Shown: positions 1 through 11,931 of the stretch, piece after piece
Numbering within the stretch: position 1 is the first letter of the stretch
How the letters are laid out: each line of letters starts with the position of its first letter
NCBI RefSeq assembly: GCF_902713615.1
Contig: NC_052150.1
Span: 9,014,000-9,077,999 of the forward strand
Origin: Scyliorhinus canicula
Taxonomy: Eukaryota
DNA length: 64,000 nt
Reading direction: 5' to 3'
Made by a program: the position numbers and the translations under genes
Notes under the pieces: model-generated
Databases searched by the model: none
Told to the model about the DNA's origin: nothing
What the model saw: only the letters and a program-made list of their open reading frames with translations

Positions 1-1447
1 CAGTGCTGCGCTGGAGTGCCTCAGTGCTGCGCTGGAGTGCCTCAGTGCTGCGCTGGAGTGTCTCAGTACTGCGCTGGAGTGTCTCAGTACTGAGCTGGAG
101 TGCCTCAGTACTGCGCTGGAGTGCCTCAGTACTGAGCTGGAGTGCCTCAGTACTGCGCTGGAGTGCCTCAGTACTGCGCTGGAGTGCCTCAGTACTGCGC
201 TGGAGTGCCTCAGTACTGCGCTGGAGTGCCTCAGTACTGAGCTGGAGTGCCTCAGTACTGAGCTGGAGTGCCTCAGTACTGAGCTGGAGTGCCTCAGTAC
301 TGCGCTGGAGTGCCTCAGTGCTGCGCTGGAGTGCCTCAGTGCTGCGCTGGAGTGCCTCAGTACTGCGCTGGAGTGCCTCAGTACTGAGCTGGAGTGCCTC
401 AGTACTGTGCTGGAGTGCCTCAGTACTGTGCTGGAGTGCCTCAGTACTGCAGTGGAGTGCCTCAGTACTGAGCTGGAGTGCCTCAGTACTGCGCTGGAGT
501 GCCTCAGTACTGCGCTGGAGTGCCTCAGTACTGCAGTGGAGTGCCTCAGTACTGAGCTGGAGTGCCGCAGTACTGAGCTGGAGTGCCTCAGTACTGAGCT
601 GGAGTGCCTCAGTACTGAGCTGGAGTGCCTCAGTACTGCGCTGGAGTGCCTCAGTACTGCGCTGGAGTGCCTCAGTACTGCGCTGGAGTGCCTCAGTACT
701 GCGCTGGAGTGCCTCAGTACTGCGCTGGAGTGCCTCAGTACTGCGCTGGAGTGCCTCAGTACTGAGCTGGAGTGCCTCAGTACTGAGCTGGAGTGCCTCA
801 GTACTGCGCTGGAGTGCCTCAGTACTGCGCTGGAGTGCCTCAGTACTGCGCTGGAGTGTCTCAGTACTGCGCTGGAGTGTCTCAGTACTGAGCTGGAGTG
901 CCTCAGTACTGAGCTGGAGTGTCTCAGTACTGAGCTGGAGTGCCTCAGTACTGAGCTGGAGTGCCTCAGTACTGCGCTGGAGTGCCTCAGTACTGCGCTG
1001 GAGTGCCTCAGTACTGAGCTGGAGTGCCTCAGTACTGCGCTGGAGTGCCTCAGTGCTGAGCTGGAGTGTCTCAGTACTGCGCTGGAGTGCCTCAGTACTG
1101 AGCTGGAGTGTCTCAGTACTGAGCTGGAGTGCCTCAGTACTGAGCTGGAGTGTCTCAGTACTGAGCTGGAGTGCCTCAGTACTGAGCTGGAGTGCCTCAG
1201 TACTGCGCTGGAGTGCCTCAGTACTGCGCTGGAGTGCCTCAGTACTGAGCTGGAGTGCCTCAGTACTGAGCTGGAGTGCCTCAGTACTGCGCTGGAGCGT
1301 CTCAGTACTGCGCTGGAGCGTCTCAGTACTGCGCTGGAGTGTCTCAGTACTGCGCTGGAGTGCCTCAGTACTGCACTGGAGTGTCTCAGTACTGCGCTGG
1401 AGTGTCTCAGTACTGCGCTGGAGTGCCTCAGTACTGCGCTGGAGTGC
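1..1447. repeat. 21-bp minisatellite, consensus CCTCAGTACTG(C/A)GCTGGAGTG, about 69 units visible, runs off the window start; lies in a PIGN intron
   Basis: Direct 21-nt periodicity, with unit variants CGC/AGC and GCC/GTC. The 7-aa repeats in the ORF track reflect this period. Confidence 0.99.
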
Positions 1448-1515
1448 CAGTCTAGATTTGTGTGTTCCAAATCTGGGAATCTTCCGACTGAGAGGCAATC
1501 AATTAAGCCGTAGCT
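1441..1515 (-). mobile_element. Remnant of the 5' part of a SacSINE1/DeuSINE-like SINE, continuous with the minisatellite
   Basis: GGAGTGCCAGTCTAGATTTGTGTG...CTTCCGACTGAGAGGC...AATTAAGCC matches my recollection of the antisense SacSINE1 head (GGAGTGTCAGCCTAGATTT...CTTCTGACTCAGAGGC...ACTGAGCC). Confidence 0.6.
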
Positions 1516-1639
1516 AAGTAGTGAACTACTGGCCCTTTCACCAGTACATTTGCAAGGATGTAAATGTGTTGGAAGCTGTTCAGAGAAGGTTTACTAGACG
1601 AGTATCTGGCTTGTCTTATGAAGAAAAGGTTGGCTCAGC

Positions 1640-2010
1640 CAACATTTATTGCCCATCCTAAGTTGCCCTTCCGAAGGTGGTAGTGAGCTGCTTTCTTGAA
1701 CCGCTACAGTCCCGGGGGTGTAGATACACCCACTGTGCTGTTAGGGAGAGAGTTCCAGGATTTCGACCCAGTGACAGTGAAGGAACGGTGATATATTTCC
1801 AAGTCAGGGTGTTGAATGACTTGGAGGGGAACTTCCAGGTGGTGGGGTTCCCATGTATCTGCTGCTCTTGTCCTTCTAGATGGTAGCGGCCATGGGTTTG
1901 GAAGGTGCTGCCTCAGGAGCCTTGGTGAACTCCTGCTGTGCATCTTGTTGATGGCACACACTGCTGCCACTGTTCGTCAGTTGTGGAGGGATTGAATATT
2001 TGTGAATAAC
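1640..2010 (-). mobile_element. 3' end of a shark CR1-group LINE (family A)
   Basis: CATTTATTGCCCATCCCTAA...GTGGTAGTGAGC terminus. The same sequence recurs at 4690-4750 (+), 57650-57720 and 62825-62880. Confidence 0.85.
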
Positions 2011-2768
2011 TCAAATGCTGAGTACAGGAATCAGATGATACAAGCCGGCGGACTGCTGGATTTTCAAAGCTGATAACCTGAGTTCAGTCTCAAGTTAAGT
2101 GTCAGCCACCCAGAGGTGAAAAAGTCTGAACAAGCTGACAGTCAATCCCAAAGAAAGTGATGGATTCTGGGTAATGAGCCCCTCCCCCCAATTACACAAA
2201 AGCCATTTATTTCACAAAATCCACTGTTGCCTTGCAATGACCTGTGTATCCTGTGCTTTTAAGATCGAAACGCTGCTTGGTGCAGTGAGGATAGTGATTT
2301 GCAAGTGCCCGTGGTTTCAGTGTGCCTCTCATGCTCGATATCCTGCAAGGTATTTGGCCCTCTCTGTAGGTTAACCTTTCTAGTGGACGTTTGTTTGGGG
2401 GCTGAGAAGAGTGTCAGTTTTGGAGGCTTCACTGTACTTAAAATTAAAAATCCAGGCTTTTCCACTTCCCTGCTCAGGGATCTGAAGAAGAAAAAGCCCC
2501 AAATCTGACACCAGCAGGGTTTTTCAGTGGAATTGGTGACTTTTTGTACAAATTCATTCATGGAGGTGGGGGTCGTTAGCTTTTTTTGCTTATCCCTTAA
2601 TGGCCTCGGAAAGGTGGTTCTGCAGTCCACAGGGCTGTTAAGGAGATAGCTCCAGGTTTTTGAAAAAAATCGACAGGGAAGGCACGGCGAAACAGTTCCA
2701 GGTCAGGATGGCATCCAATTTGGAGGAAAACCTGTATTTGGTGCTGTTCCCATGCGTCTGTTGCCATT

Positions 2769-3116
2769 GGGCAGCACAGCAGCATAGTGTTGAGCACAGT
2801 TGCTTCACAGCTCCAGGGTCCCTGGTTCAATTCCCGGCTTGGGTCACTGTCTGCACGGAGTCTGCACGTTCTCCCCGTGTCTGCGTGGATTTCCTCCGGG
2901 TGCTCCGCTTTCCTCCCACAGTCCGAAGATGTGCAGGTTAGGTGGATTGGCCATCCTAAATTGCGATTAGTGTTCAAAAAGGTTAAGTGGGGTTACTGGG
3001 ATAAAGGGGATAGGGTGGAGGTGTGGGGCTTAAGTAGGGTGTTCTTTCCAAGGGCCGGTGCAGACTCGATGGGCTAAATGGCCTCCTTCCGCACTGTAAA
3101 TTCTATGAAATCTATG
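2769..3116 (+). mobile_element. HE1/V-SINE, full length, inserted in a LINE fragment
   Basis: tRNA-like head (B box GGTTCAATTCC), V-domain CTGCACGTTCTCCCCGTGTCTGCGTGG, CR1-type tail GATGGGCTAAATGGCCTCCTTC...TTCTATG. Confidence 0.92.
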
Positions 3117-3119
3117 TTC

Positions 3120-3730
3120 TTCTCATTCTGGAGATTGCGGGTTTGGAAGGAGCTGTTGAACCGTGCGCCAGTGGCAGCAGAAGGAGTTAAATGTTTAAGA
3201 TGGTGGATAGGCCAGTTGCCTCACCTTGGATGGGGTCAAGCTTCTCGAGTGCAGTTTGGAGGCACTCATTTAGGCAAGTGGAGAGTATTCCATCATACTG
3301 CCGACTTGTGCCTTGTAGATGGTGGACAGGCTTTGGGGAGTCAGGGGGTGATTGTTCACTGTAGAAGTGCCAGTCTTTATGGCTGGTCAATGGTAGCTCC
3401 CAGGGTGTTGGTGCTGGAGGATACAGCAATGGAAAGGACTTTGAATGTCATGGGGAAAATGGTTAGATTCTCTTTTGCTGGAGATGACCATTGTCTGGCA
3501 CTTTGTGTGGCGAGAAACCTACTTACCACTTACCAGCCTGAGCCTGGACATTGTCCAGGCCTTGCTGCCTGTACACACAGGGAGCTTCAGTACGAGGTGT
3601 TGCAAACGTGAACATTGTGCAAACAACCCATGTCTGACCATGTGATGAAGGGAAAGGCATTGATAAAGCAGCTGAAGATAGCAGGAGCTGGGACACTACC
3701 CTGAGGAATACCAGCTTCGATGTTCTGGGG
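3120..3730 (-). mobile_element. CR1-group LINE family A, RT 3' region (degenerate)
   Basis: Reverse complement of the same region seen on + at 3830-4500. Confidence 0.8.
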
Positions 3731-3829
3731 CTCCCATATCTAGGCTTTCAACAGTATAATAGCCACAAGATTAATTTGAAAACTCATATGCACTGCGGGT
3801 TTCATTAACTTGACTGGGATTACATAGTG

Positions 3830-4755
3830 TCCTAGACCCAACCATCTTCAGCTGACTCATCAATGACCTTCCCTCCATCATAAGGTCAGAAGTGAGGATA
3901 ATTTGCACAATATTGAGTACCATTCAAGACTCCTCAGAAATAGAAGCAATTCATGTGCAAATGCAGCAAGCACTGGACAATATCCAGGCTTGGGTTACGA
4001 TGTGGTAAATAACATTCATGCCACACAAGTGCCAGGCACTGATCATCTCCAACAAGAGAGAATCTAACTATCGCCCCTTGATATTCCATGGCATCACCAC
4101 CAGTGAATCTCCCACGGTCAACACCTTGTGGGTTACCATTGACCAGAAACTCAACTGGGCGAGTCCATATAAATACTGTTGCTACAAAAGCAGGTCAGAG
4201 GCTAGGAATCCTGTGGAGAGTAATATAAGAACACAAGTAACTCACCTCCTCACCCTTAAAAGCCTGACCACCATCTACAAAGCACAAGTCAGGAGTGTAA
4301 TGTAATACTCTCCACTTGTCAGGATGAGTTCAGCTCCAACATCATTCAAGGAGCTCAACGCCATCCACGACAAAGCAGCTCCTGATTGGCACCCCTTCCA
4401 CAAATACTGACTGCCTCCACCACCAGCGCACAGTGGCAGCAGTGCATACCATCTACAAGATGCACTGCAGGAACTGACCAAGACTCCTTAAGCAGCACCT
4501 TCCAAACCCACAACCGCTACCATCTATAAGGACAAGAGCAGTAAATAGATGGGAACCACACCATCTGGAGGTTCCCCTCCAAGTCACTCAACATCTTGAC
4601 TTGGGTCACTGGAAATCCCTGTCACAGCACGGTAGATATACCACACCACATGGACTGCAGCAGTTCAAAAAGACAGTTCACCATCATCTTCTCAAGAGTA
4701 ATTAGGGATGGGCAATGAATGCTGTCCTACCTTGCAAAATCCACATCCCTTGAAT
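3830..4755 (+). mobile_element. CR1-group LINE family A, RT C-terminal region plus 3' end
   Basis: ORF 4018-4305 (TIDQKLNW...LTTIYKAQVRSVM) is LINE RT-like; 3' terminus TAGGGATGGGCAATGAATGCTG. Confidence 0.88.
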
Positions 4756-4759
4756 TCAT

Positions 4760-4902
4760 ACATCTTCTCTACTGAGTAGTACTACATTCCGTATGTTTCA
4801 CTCGATGCCGGTTTCTAGGTATTTACATTGTATATTCATGTATGTCCTATGTTTTTTCATGTATGGTACAATCTATCTGGGCTGTACGCTGAACAATACT
4901 TC
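4760..4902 (+). mobile_element. Rex1/Babar LINE 3' UTR fragment
   Basis: Resembles the reverse complement of the Rex1 3' UTR at 36600-36740 (CTACATTCCGTATG...TTTACATTGTATA...TTTTCATGTA). Confidence 0.6.
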
Positions 4903-4904
4903 CC

Positions 4905-5960
4905 CTCCCACCCGAGGGTGAATGTAAGCAAAGGTGGGCATTGTCCTGTGTCAGCCTCAGTCCTGTTTTGGCCCTGATGGACATTCCCGCCAATAATCAG
5001 GATAACTGAACTTAACCGGGTGCAGAGGCGGCAACCCATCAGCAATTTGACCGGAGCAACCCACGTTATGGTGTGCGGCATCGTCCGCTAGCAGAAGAGA
5101 AACCGTGCCAGCCAAGTTTCCCAGGAACCCAAGGTCTGTCTCTTCATTCCAAGTTGAAAAGTCTGGATTGTCCGCTCTGCTAACCCATCTGATGCTGGTG
5201 GTGTGGGGCGGTACGCATGTGTCAAATTCCATTAGCGCACATGAACCCTGAACTCCCCACTCATAAAAGCCATTCCATTGTCCATAACCAGCACCTCCGT
5301 ATTCCCGTGTGTGCTGAAGGATTGCCGCAGTCTTTCTGTGGTGACCCTCGTCGTGTGCATCTTATGGACCTCCATCCACTTTGAGTGGGCGTCCTTGACA
5401 AAGAGAAACATCGCTCCCTGGAATGGTCCCGCAAAATCGATACGAAGGCAGTTTCTCGTACCCGTGGCACTGCAAACAACCCTGGGCCAACCTCTCGATG
5501 GCCACATTAATTCCGGGCCACCACACGAAGCCCCGGATGCTCGTTGTGGAGGTCCTGCAGAAGTGGCTTGCGTCCTTGCTCAGGAAGCACCACGTGCTTC
5601 CCCCACAGGATGGCACCGTCCTCAATGCTTCATTCGGGGATCTTGTTGGTGTACGCCTTCAAGTCTCCTGGCAAGGCACGGTGCTGGGCCTCATACTGGA
5701 TAATATGTCACACCCGGGACAGCTGTGGGTCTGTTTGAGTCGAGCCGCGGATGCAGGACGCTGTGACCGGCAGGAAGTGTATAAAATGGAGGGCGACGAT
5801 GATTTTGTCGGCTGACGCCGATGCGGACAGCTTGGTGAGAAGAGGGAGGCGGCTAAACGCCTCCAACACGTCTTCCAACACGTCCTCATAAGCGGCTAAA
5901 AGCAGTGTCCATCGTTAGATCCTGGTGGAGGCGATGGGGGGAAATCGCCCAGTCCTCCCT
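4905..5960 (-). mobile_element. Degenerate Ty3/Gypsy pol fragment (RNase H end, integrase Zn-finger and DDE core)
   Basis: Frameshifted minus-strand pieces: FVWWPGINVAIERLAQGCLQC, RIDFAGPFQGAMFLFVKDAHSKWMEV, FSTHGNTEVLVMDNGMAFMSGEF. Confidence 0.9.
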
Positions 5961-7404
5961 AAATAAAAGGGAAGTTCATATTCTGTGGAGTTCACGGGGA
6001 ATCTGATAGTCCTGATACCGTGACCTCCAAAGAAATTATAACGGAATCAATACTATTTGTCTCAACTACTTGTGGTAGTAAGTTCCACACTCAGGGTAAA
6101 GAGGATTCTGCTGTAATTGGGTTTCTTACTGGACTATCTTATAATTATTGTCCTTAGTTCTGGTTTCAAATGGTACAGTCTTCTTGACATTTACCCTATC
6201 AAACCCTTCTGCAATTCTGAAGGCCACCATCAGGTCACCCCTCAGTCTTTTCTAGAGAAAAGAGCCTCATTTCACAGTAGCGTTTCGTAAACTCAGCCTT
6301 TTGTTGTGCATCTAAATCCTTCAAACTCGAGCAGGAACACTTCTGGATAGGTTATGCAATCACTTCACATCTGGGCTGCTAGATGCAGCACGCTGTGAGG
6401 ATGGCAGTCCAGGACAGGCTGTTTATGCATTTCATTGTATCGGCTACTTCACTCAAGCAGGCACCAGGGGCCTGGGTTTAACACCTCACCTAAAAGGTGG
6501 TGATCAAAGAGGCCAATGAAATGCAAATACATTGCAGGCATTCTCACTCAGTAATCATAGCTTGGCCCTTCATTCCAGATACCATGCTGGACAATGGTCA
6601 CTGGACTTCAATCAAAACCCAGCTGGTCTGGCAGCATCTGTGGAGAGAGAAATGTTTCAAGTCCAATATGATTTTTCGTTGGTCTGTCCTCAGGTGGGAC
6701 CACTCACTGGCTGGATAACCGTTTGGGCCAGCCCTGATATTCTGACCTTGCTTGTAAATTCTATCCTTCTTGCCACAAGACCCAGCATTCCATCAGCCTC
6801 TGATAGAATCTTTTTATGGAGGATTCGGTGATGGTGAATGGGATGTATAATGGGCTTTCATAATGTTTTTGACAAGCTACCACACAGGAAATCGTTGGAA
6901 AGGATTGAGAGGTCGGGGTTCAGTTCTGGGACATCTGTTCCCAGTCCACATCAGTGATTTGCAGACAGGGATTGAGGTAACGGTGGCCAAATCTGCTGCT
7001 GATACTAAAATAGGATGCATAGAAAATAATACCAAGGACCGGGGGGAAACTGCAATGGTGAAATTATGGAAAATAACCATAAAAATGGACACTTCAATGG
7101 CTTTTACATACACTTTCCCCATAATCCTTAAGGTTATTTCTAATCAGAAATCTATCAAGCCCCACCTTAAACATACTCAATCACTGAGCTTCCACAGTCC
7201 TCTGAGGTAAGGAATTGCAAAGATGGTCAACCCGCACATTGAACTTTTGTTCATGTGGAAGTTAAAATTCGAGCATGGACTGTTTTCATGTAAACACATT
7301 AGTCATTCTACGTAATCTTCGGCACCTGTGGGTTAGATTTTAATAACTTATCTCCAGATGCTTAACTTCTTTTGTCCATCAAACTGTAATTCTAACCCTC
7401 ATTC

Positions 7405-7630
7405 TTTTTTTTTAAATTTAGAGTACCCAATTATTTTCTTTTCCAATTAAGGGGCAATTTAGGGTGGCCAATCCACCTAACCTGCACATCTTTGGGTTGT
7501 GGGGATGAAACCTATGCAGACATGGGGAGAATGTGCAAACTCCACACGGACAGTGACCCAGGGCCAGGATTCGAACCCTGGTTCTCAGCGCTGTAGGCAG
7601 TAGTACTAATCACTGCGTACCGTGCTGCCC
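7405..7630 (-). mobile_element. V-SINE, short-tail variant
   Basis: tRNA head plus V-domain, ending AATTGGGTACTCTAAATTTAAAAA. Confidence 0.9.
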
Positions 7631-7877
7631 TCCAACCCTCATTCTTACATCCAAACTTATTAGCAATTACTTTATGTTAAAACTGTATTTGCCATCATTT
7701 CACCCATTCTCTTCATCAAAGCTACTTTTGAATACTTTCTGCTCCTTTCGTGATCATACATCCTTCTCTAGTATCAACTATAAACATTTGCAATCTCTCT
7801 TGTGCAGTTGTATTAAATGCCTGATGGGGTGCAGACAGGAAAGTGGAGTTGAGGCAATCAGATCAGCTATGATCTAA

Positions 7878-8518
7878 CATATGGTCTGTGAAGAAGGCAT
7901 ATGGTGTGCTAGCGTTCATTAGCAGAGGGATTGAATTTAAGAGCCGTGAGGTGATGATGCAGCTGTACAAAACCTTGGAAAGGCCACATTTGGAGTACTG
8001 AGTGCAGTTCTGGTTGCTTCATTTTAGGAAGGATGTGGAAGCTTTGGAAAAGGTGCAAAGGAGATTTACCAGGATGTTGCCTGGAATGGAGAGTAGGTAT
8101 TACGAGGAAAGGTTGAGAGTGCAAGGCCTTTTCTCATTAGAACGGAGAAGGATGAGGGGCAACTTGATAGAGGTTTATAAGATGATCAGCGGAATAGATA
8201 GAGTAGACAGTCAGAGACGTTTTCCCCGGGTGGAACAAAGCATTACAAGGGGACATAAATTTAAGGTGAATGGTGGAAGATATAGGGGGGATGTCAGAGA
8301 TAGGTTCTTTACCCAGAGAGTAGTGGGGGCATGGAATGCACTGCCTGTGGAAGTAGTTGAGTCAGAAACATTAGGGACCTTCACGCGGCTATCGGATAGG
8401 TACATGGATTACGGTAGAATGATGGGGTGTAGATTAATTTGTTTTCAATCTAGGGCAAAAGTTCGGCACAACATCGTGGGCCGAAGGGCCTGTTCTGTGC
8501 TGTATTTTTCTATGTTCC
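7878..8518 (+). mobile_element. CR1 (HER1-like) LINE 3' end
   Basis: ORF 8002-8565 (LEKVQRRFTRMLPGM...LFSLERRRMRGNLIEVYK...FFTQRVVGAWNALP); tail GGGCCGAAGGGCCTGTTCTG...TTCTATGTTC. Confidence 0.95.
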
Positions 8519-8779
8519 GTGGTATAGTAGACTCGAAGGGTCAAATGGTCAACTCGTGCTCCTAATTCTGGTGTTCTTGTGACCCTTCTGAAAATCCATG
8601 TCTACAATATCCACGTCCTATTTTATCCATCTATTCAGGTTATCAAAATAAAAATGGTCTTTTCGGTTCGCTAGATATACCATTCACTATATCAAGTGAA
8701 CTTTTCAAATACTCACATATAAAGCTGTCTCGCAATTTTCCGAGTGCTGATTTTTAAACTCAATGGCGCACAGTCAGTT

Positions 8780-9220
8780 TTTGAATAATGATTCAGTATT
8801 ACAGTGCCAAGGACCCAGGTTCGATTCCAACCTTGGGTGACTGTGTGGAGTTTGCACGTTCAACCGGTGTCTGCATGTGTTTCCCCCGGGTGTTCTGATT
8901 TCATTCCACAGTTCAGAAATGTGCAGGTTGGAGGATTGGCGTTGTTAAATTGCCTCTTTGAACCATAGAATTCTTACAGCGTAGAAGGAGGCATTTAGCC
9001 CATTAAGTCTGCATTCGCCATTGCCCATCCCCGTAACCCCACCTATCCTACACACCCATGGACACTAAGGCGCAATTTAGCAAGGCCAATCCACCTAACC
9101 TGCACATCTTAGTGTCCAAAGATTTTTAGGTTAGGTTAGCGAGTTGCAGGGATGGGGTGGGGGCTTAGGTATGTTCTTTTAGATGGGCTGAATGGCCTCC
9201 TTCTGCATTGTAGGGATTCA
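8780..9220. mobile_element. Plus-strand V-SINE interrupted by an inverted V-SINE 3' fragment (about 8960-9110)
   Basis: The plus copy breaks at AAATTGCCTCTT and resumes at AGTGTCCAAA; the intervening sequence is an antisense SINE tail. Confidence 0.8.
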
Positions 9221-9321
9221 AAGCGTCAGGATTCTAAGCTAGCAAACTTTGGGAGATGAAAAGGCAAGATCCAAAGTGCAGGGAAATTATATAAAAGTTG
9301 AAACGGGCAAGAGAGAATTAC

Positions 9322-9446
9322 CTTGACATCGGCCTGTGAGCATGCCCATTGGTGTCCAACCCAAGTAAATGCAGGAAATAAACAACCTCATGTGCCCACA
9401 TTTTAGTTGAGAGTGTTTCATTACTTTTGGCAAATTCAAAAAAGGT
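9322..9446 (-). CDS. PIGN: PIGN coding exon 5 (125 bp): TFFEFAKSNETLSTKMWAHEVVYFLHLLGLDTNGHAHRPMSR
   Basis: cag|ACC acceptor and AG|gtaat donor; FLHLLGxDTNGHAHRP motif of PIG-N/Mcd4; in frame with the previous exon. Confidence 0.97.
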
Positions 9447-10101
9447 CTGTTGGGAAAAAGAAGAAAAAGACATTGTGATAGTGGGAAACAAAAAATTTGC
9501 AGAGTCAAGCATTGTAATGTTCCCCCTACTGTGGTGTCACCTGTCTCAACCCCAACTCCAAAGGGAATCATCCTACTACATCAATCAATCCCATTTCCAC
9601 AGCTCGTGTGATTGACAATTATTGTCAAATCAGGGGCGGTTTTGTACAGTAGGTCCATGCTGACCATGAATTAAAATGAGGAGCACTCAAACCCAGTTCA
9701 CGTAGATTCCTCACAGGGAGCAAACAGAAGAGATTTTCATTCCATCTGTCCAAACTTTCAACTCATGTCCTAGAAGCAAATGCCAAGTGTCCTTACCCAC
9801 CGTGCCAATCACCCCCACAAAACCCCGGTGCCCCACAGCCAGAGGCATTTCTTATAATTCTCTAAAGTTGGGGCAGCAATATTTTTAATCAATATTACCT
9901 ATGCTTCAGAAACATCAGATTTTAAATAGCTGCTGAAAAATATGAAAGCGTTTAAAGCACCAATAAAATTAAAAATGGCCTTCCTTCAACAGCAGTAACT
10001 TGCATTTTTGCACCAACTTAAATATCATAAAACATCCCTGAACATTTCACAGGAGGGCCATCAAATATTATCTGATACCGAGCCATATGGGGAGATTCTA
10101 C

Positions 10102-10428
10102 GGATGGGTGGCACAGTGGTTAGCACTGCTGCCTCACAGTGCCAGGAACCCGGGTTCGACTCCAGCCTCGGGTGACTGTGCGGATTCTGCACGTTCTCCC
10201 AGTGTGTGTGTGGGTTTCTTCCTGGTGCTTCGGTTTCCTCCCACAGTCCAAAGATCTGCAGGTTAGGCGGATTGGCCATCCTGAATTGCCTCTTAGTGTC
10301 CAGGGATGTGCAGGTTAGTTTCCGGGGATTGGACGGGGTAGTGGACATGGCTAGAGTGCTCTTTGGGAAGGTGGGTGCACACTCGATGGGCTGAATGGCC
10401 TCCTTCTGCACTGTAGGGATTCTATGAT
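10102..10428 (+). mobile_element. HE1/V-SINE inserted in an antisense L2 tail (about 9990-10535)
   Basis: Head, V-domain and CR1-type tail as in 2769-3116. Confidence 0.9.
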
Positions 10429-10603
10429 GACCAAAAGCTTGGTGAAGGAGATAGGTTTTAAAGGAGGAGAGGGAGATAGAGAGAGGCCTGTGGGTTTATG
10501 GAGAGAATCCCAGAGCCAAGGGCCTTGGAAACATCTCCTTGGAAAAAAAGAGCAGGCATTTCCCATTTAGTGTCTCCAATCAGGTGAATAACATTCCAGT
10601 TAC

Positions 10604-10710
10604 CTTTACTTCATTGAATACCCAAGTGTCCAGCTTGGATGCATCCTGGGCAGCAAAATCCTCCATCTCAGCCGGGTACATGCGTGTATAAACATGGTCA
10701 CCACTGGCAC
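10604..10710 (-). CDS. PIGN: PIGN coding exon 4 (107 bp): [36 protein letters not shown]
   Basis: cag|GT acceptor and AAG|gtaac donor; homologous to human [12 protein letters not shown]...DATKLDTWVF. Confidence 0.97.
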
Positions 10711-11133
10711 CTGTGAAATTTGACAACTTAAGACAGAAGGTTCCTGATAGTGAAAAGTAGATAGTTTGTATTCTTGCGTATGCACACACTGATCAAACAA
10801 TTTATTATAATGCTTAATAAGCCATGGACTAATGTAACAAAAATTCTGACTGATAAGTTCCAACAGGAAAATGAACTTTGCCGAAAAGCGTTCATGGCTG
10901 CAATTGACTTGCCTTAGTCCTTAGTCAGGCAAAACACACAGGAATCATCAAAATCCATTTTCCGCATTTCCACCGATTATATATTCCTGAGTTTTATGGC
11001 ACCGTGAATTTGTGGAAAATAATTTCCCTCCCCCCACCAAAGTGGAGGGAAATGGAACTCAGCAATTACGTGTTGTTTTCTATTTCAAAACTCTGCTCAA
11101 CAGATGCACACCCATCAAATCTATGCTTTCACA

Positions 11134-11931
11134 GGGAGTTGAATGATGCCACGATAGCTGTAACTCCGAGGCCTCTCGCGAAATTCACCCACTCGTCCTG
11201 CCTCGCAAGATCTAACGGGATCTCACGAGAAGTCGCGATCTGGATCCCGCCCGTAGAGCATATTCAAGTGTTCGGTCAGGTTCACCTGATCATTCTCTCG
11301 CCGGAGTTACCGAGGGAGCGGGATCTGACCCCCCCCCCCCTGCCTGGAAGACCCTGAGCGAGTGCTGTTTAGCATTGGTCTGCACCAACATGGACCGGGC
11401 GGAATGGCACTTTGGGGAGGGGGGGGGGTCAGAGTGGTAGCCTGGCACTGCTGGTGGTACCTTGGCACTACCAACCCAGCACCCCAGCAGTACCACCTAG
11501 GCACCCTGGCAGTGTCACCCAGGTGCCAGCCCGACACTGCCAGGGTGGCCAGTTCCCTGGGTGGCATTTTACCAGAGCCAAGGATCGGCCCGGGGGTGTC
11601 CTGCCTTTATGGGGTGGGGTGCCAGGTGCCGCCCTATAGGTGCGTTGGAGCATTGGGGAGGGCAAGGTGGGGGAGTTGGGCTCCTGGGGGCAGGAGGGGG
11701 CTCCTAGAGATTGAGGTGTCATCCAATCTCTTCCTGCACTGGCGAGCGGAGCTCATTAGTGCAGGAAATGGGATTAAATGCTGCCTCGGGCGTGGGTTCC
11801 TCGCTGAGGCCCCGAAATGAAACCGCGTCCCGTTCAATAGCGGAGTCGTTCTCTGTGCTGTCAGTGCCGGGAAACACCCGGCTAATCACGCTCGACACGG
11901 GACTGTGTTTCACTCACATTAAATCGCGCCC
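11134..11931. mobile_element. GC-rich non-autonomous DNA transposon (Harbinger-like), left end degenerate
   Basis: Abrupt GC/CpG-rich block ending ATTAAATCGCGCCC, a GGGC-type terminus like the elements at 16416 and 18412. No clean TSD found. Confidence 0.6.

Noticed and set aside
1-1447. CRISPR-like array of palindromic repeats
   Set aside because: Units are contiguous with no unique spacers, there are no cas genes, and the context is a vertebrate intron.
3-1517. 504-aa and 368-aa repetitive ORFs
   Set aside because: They result from a stop-free 21-nt (3n) tandem unit. There is no splice or promoter context, and they lie antisense within a PIGN intron.
2769-2850. tRNA genes
   Set aside because: The A/B-box sequences are SINE heads joined to V-domains; no full cloverleaf.
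1500-9321. Next PIGN exon (expected ...FTSDHGMTDW)
   Set aside because: Not found by eye in this interval; it presumably lies beyond position 1. This is not evidence of exon loss.
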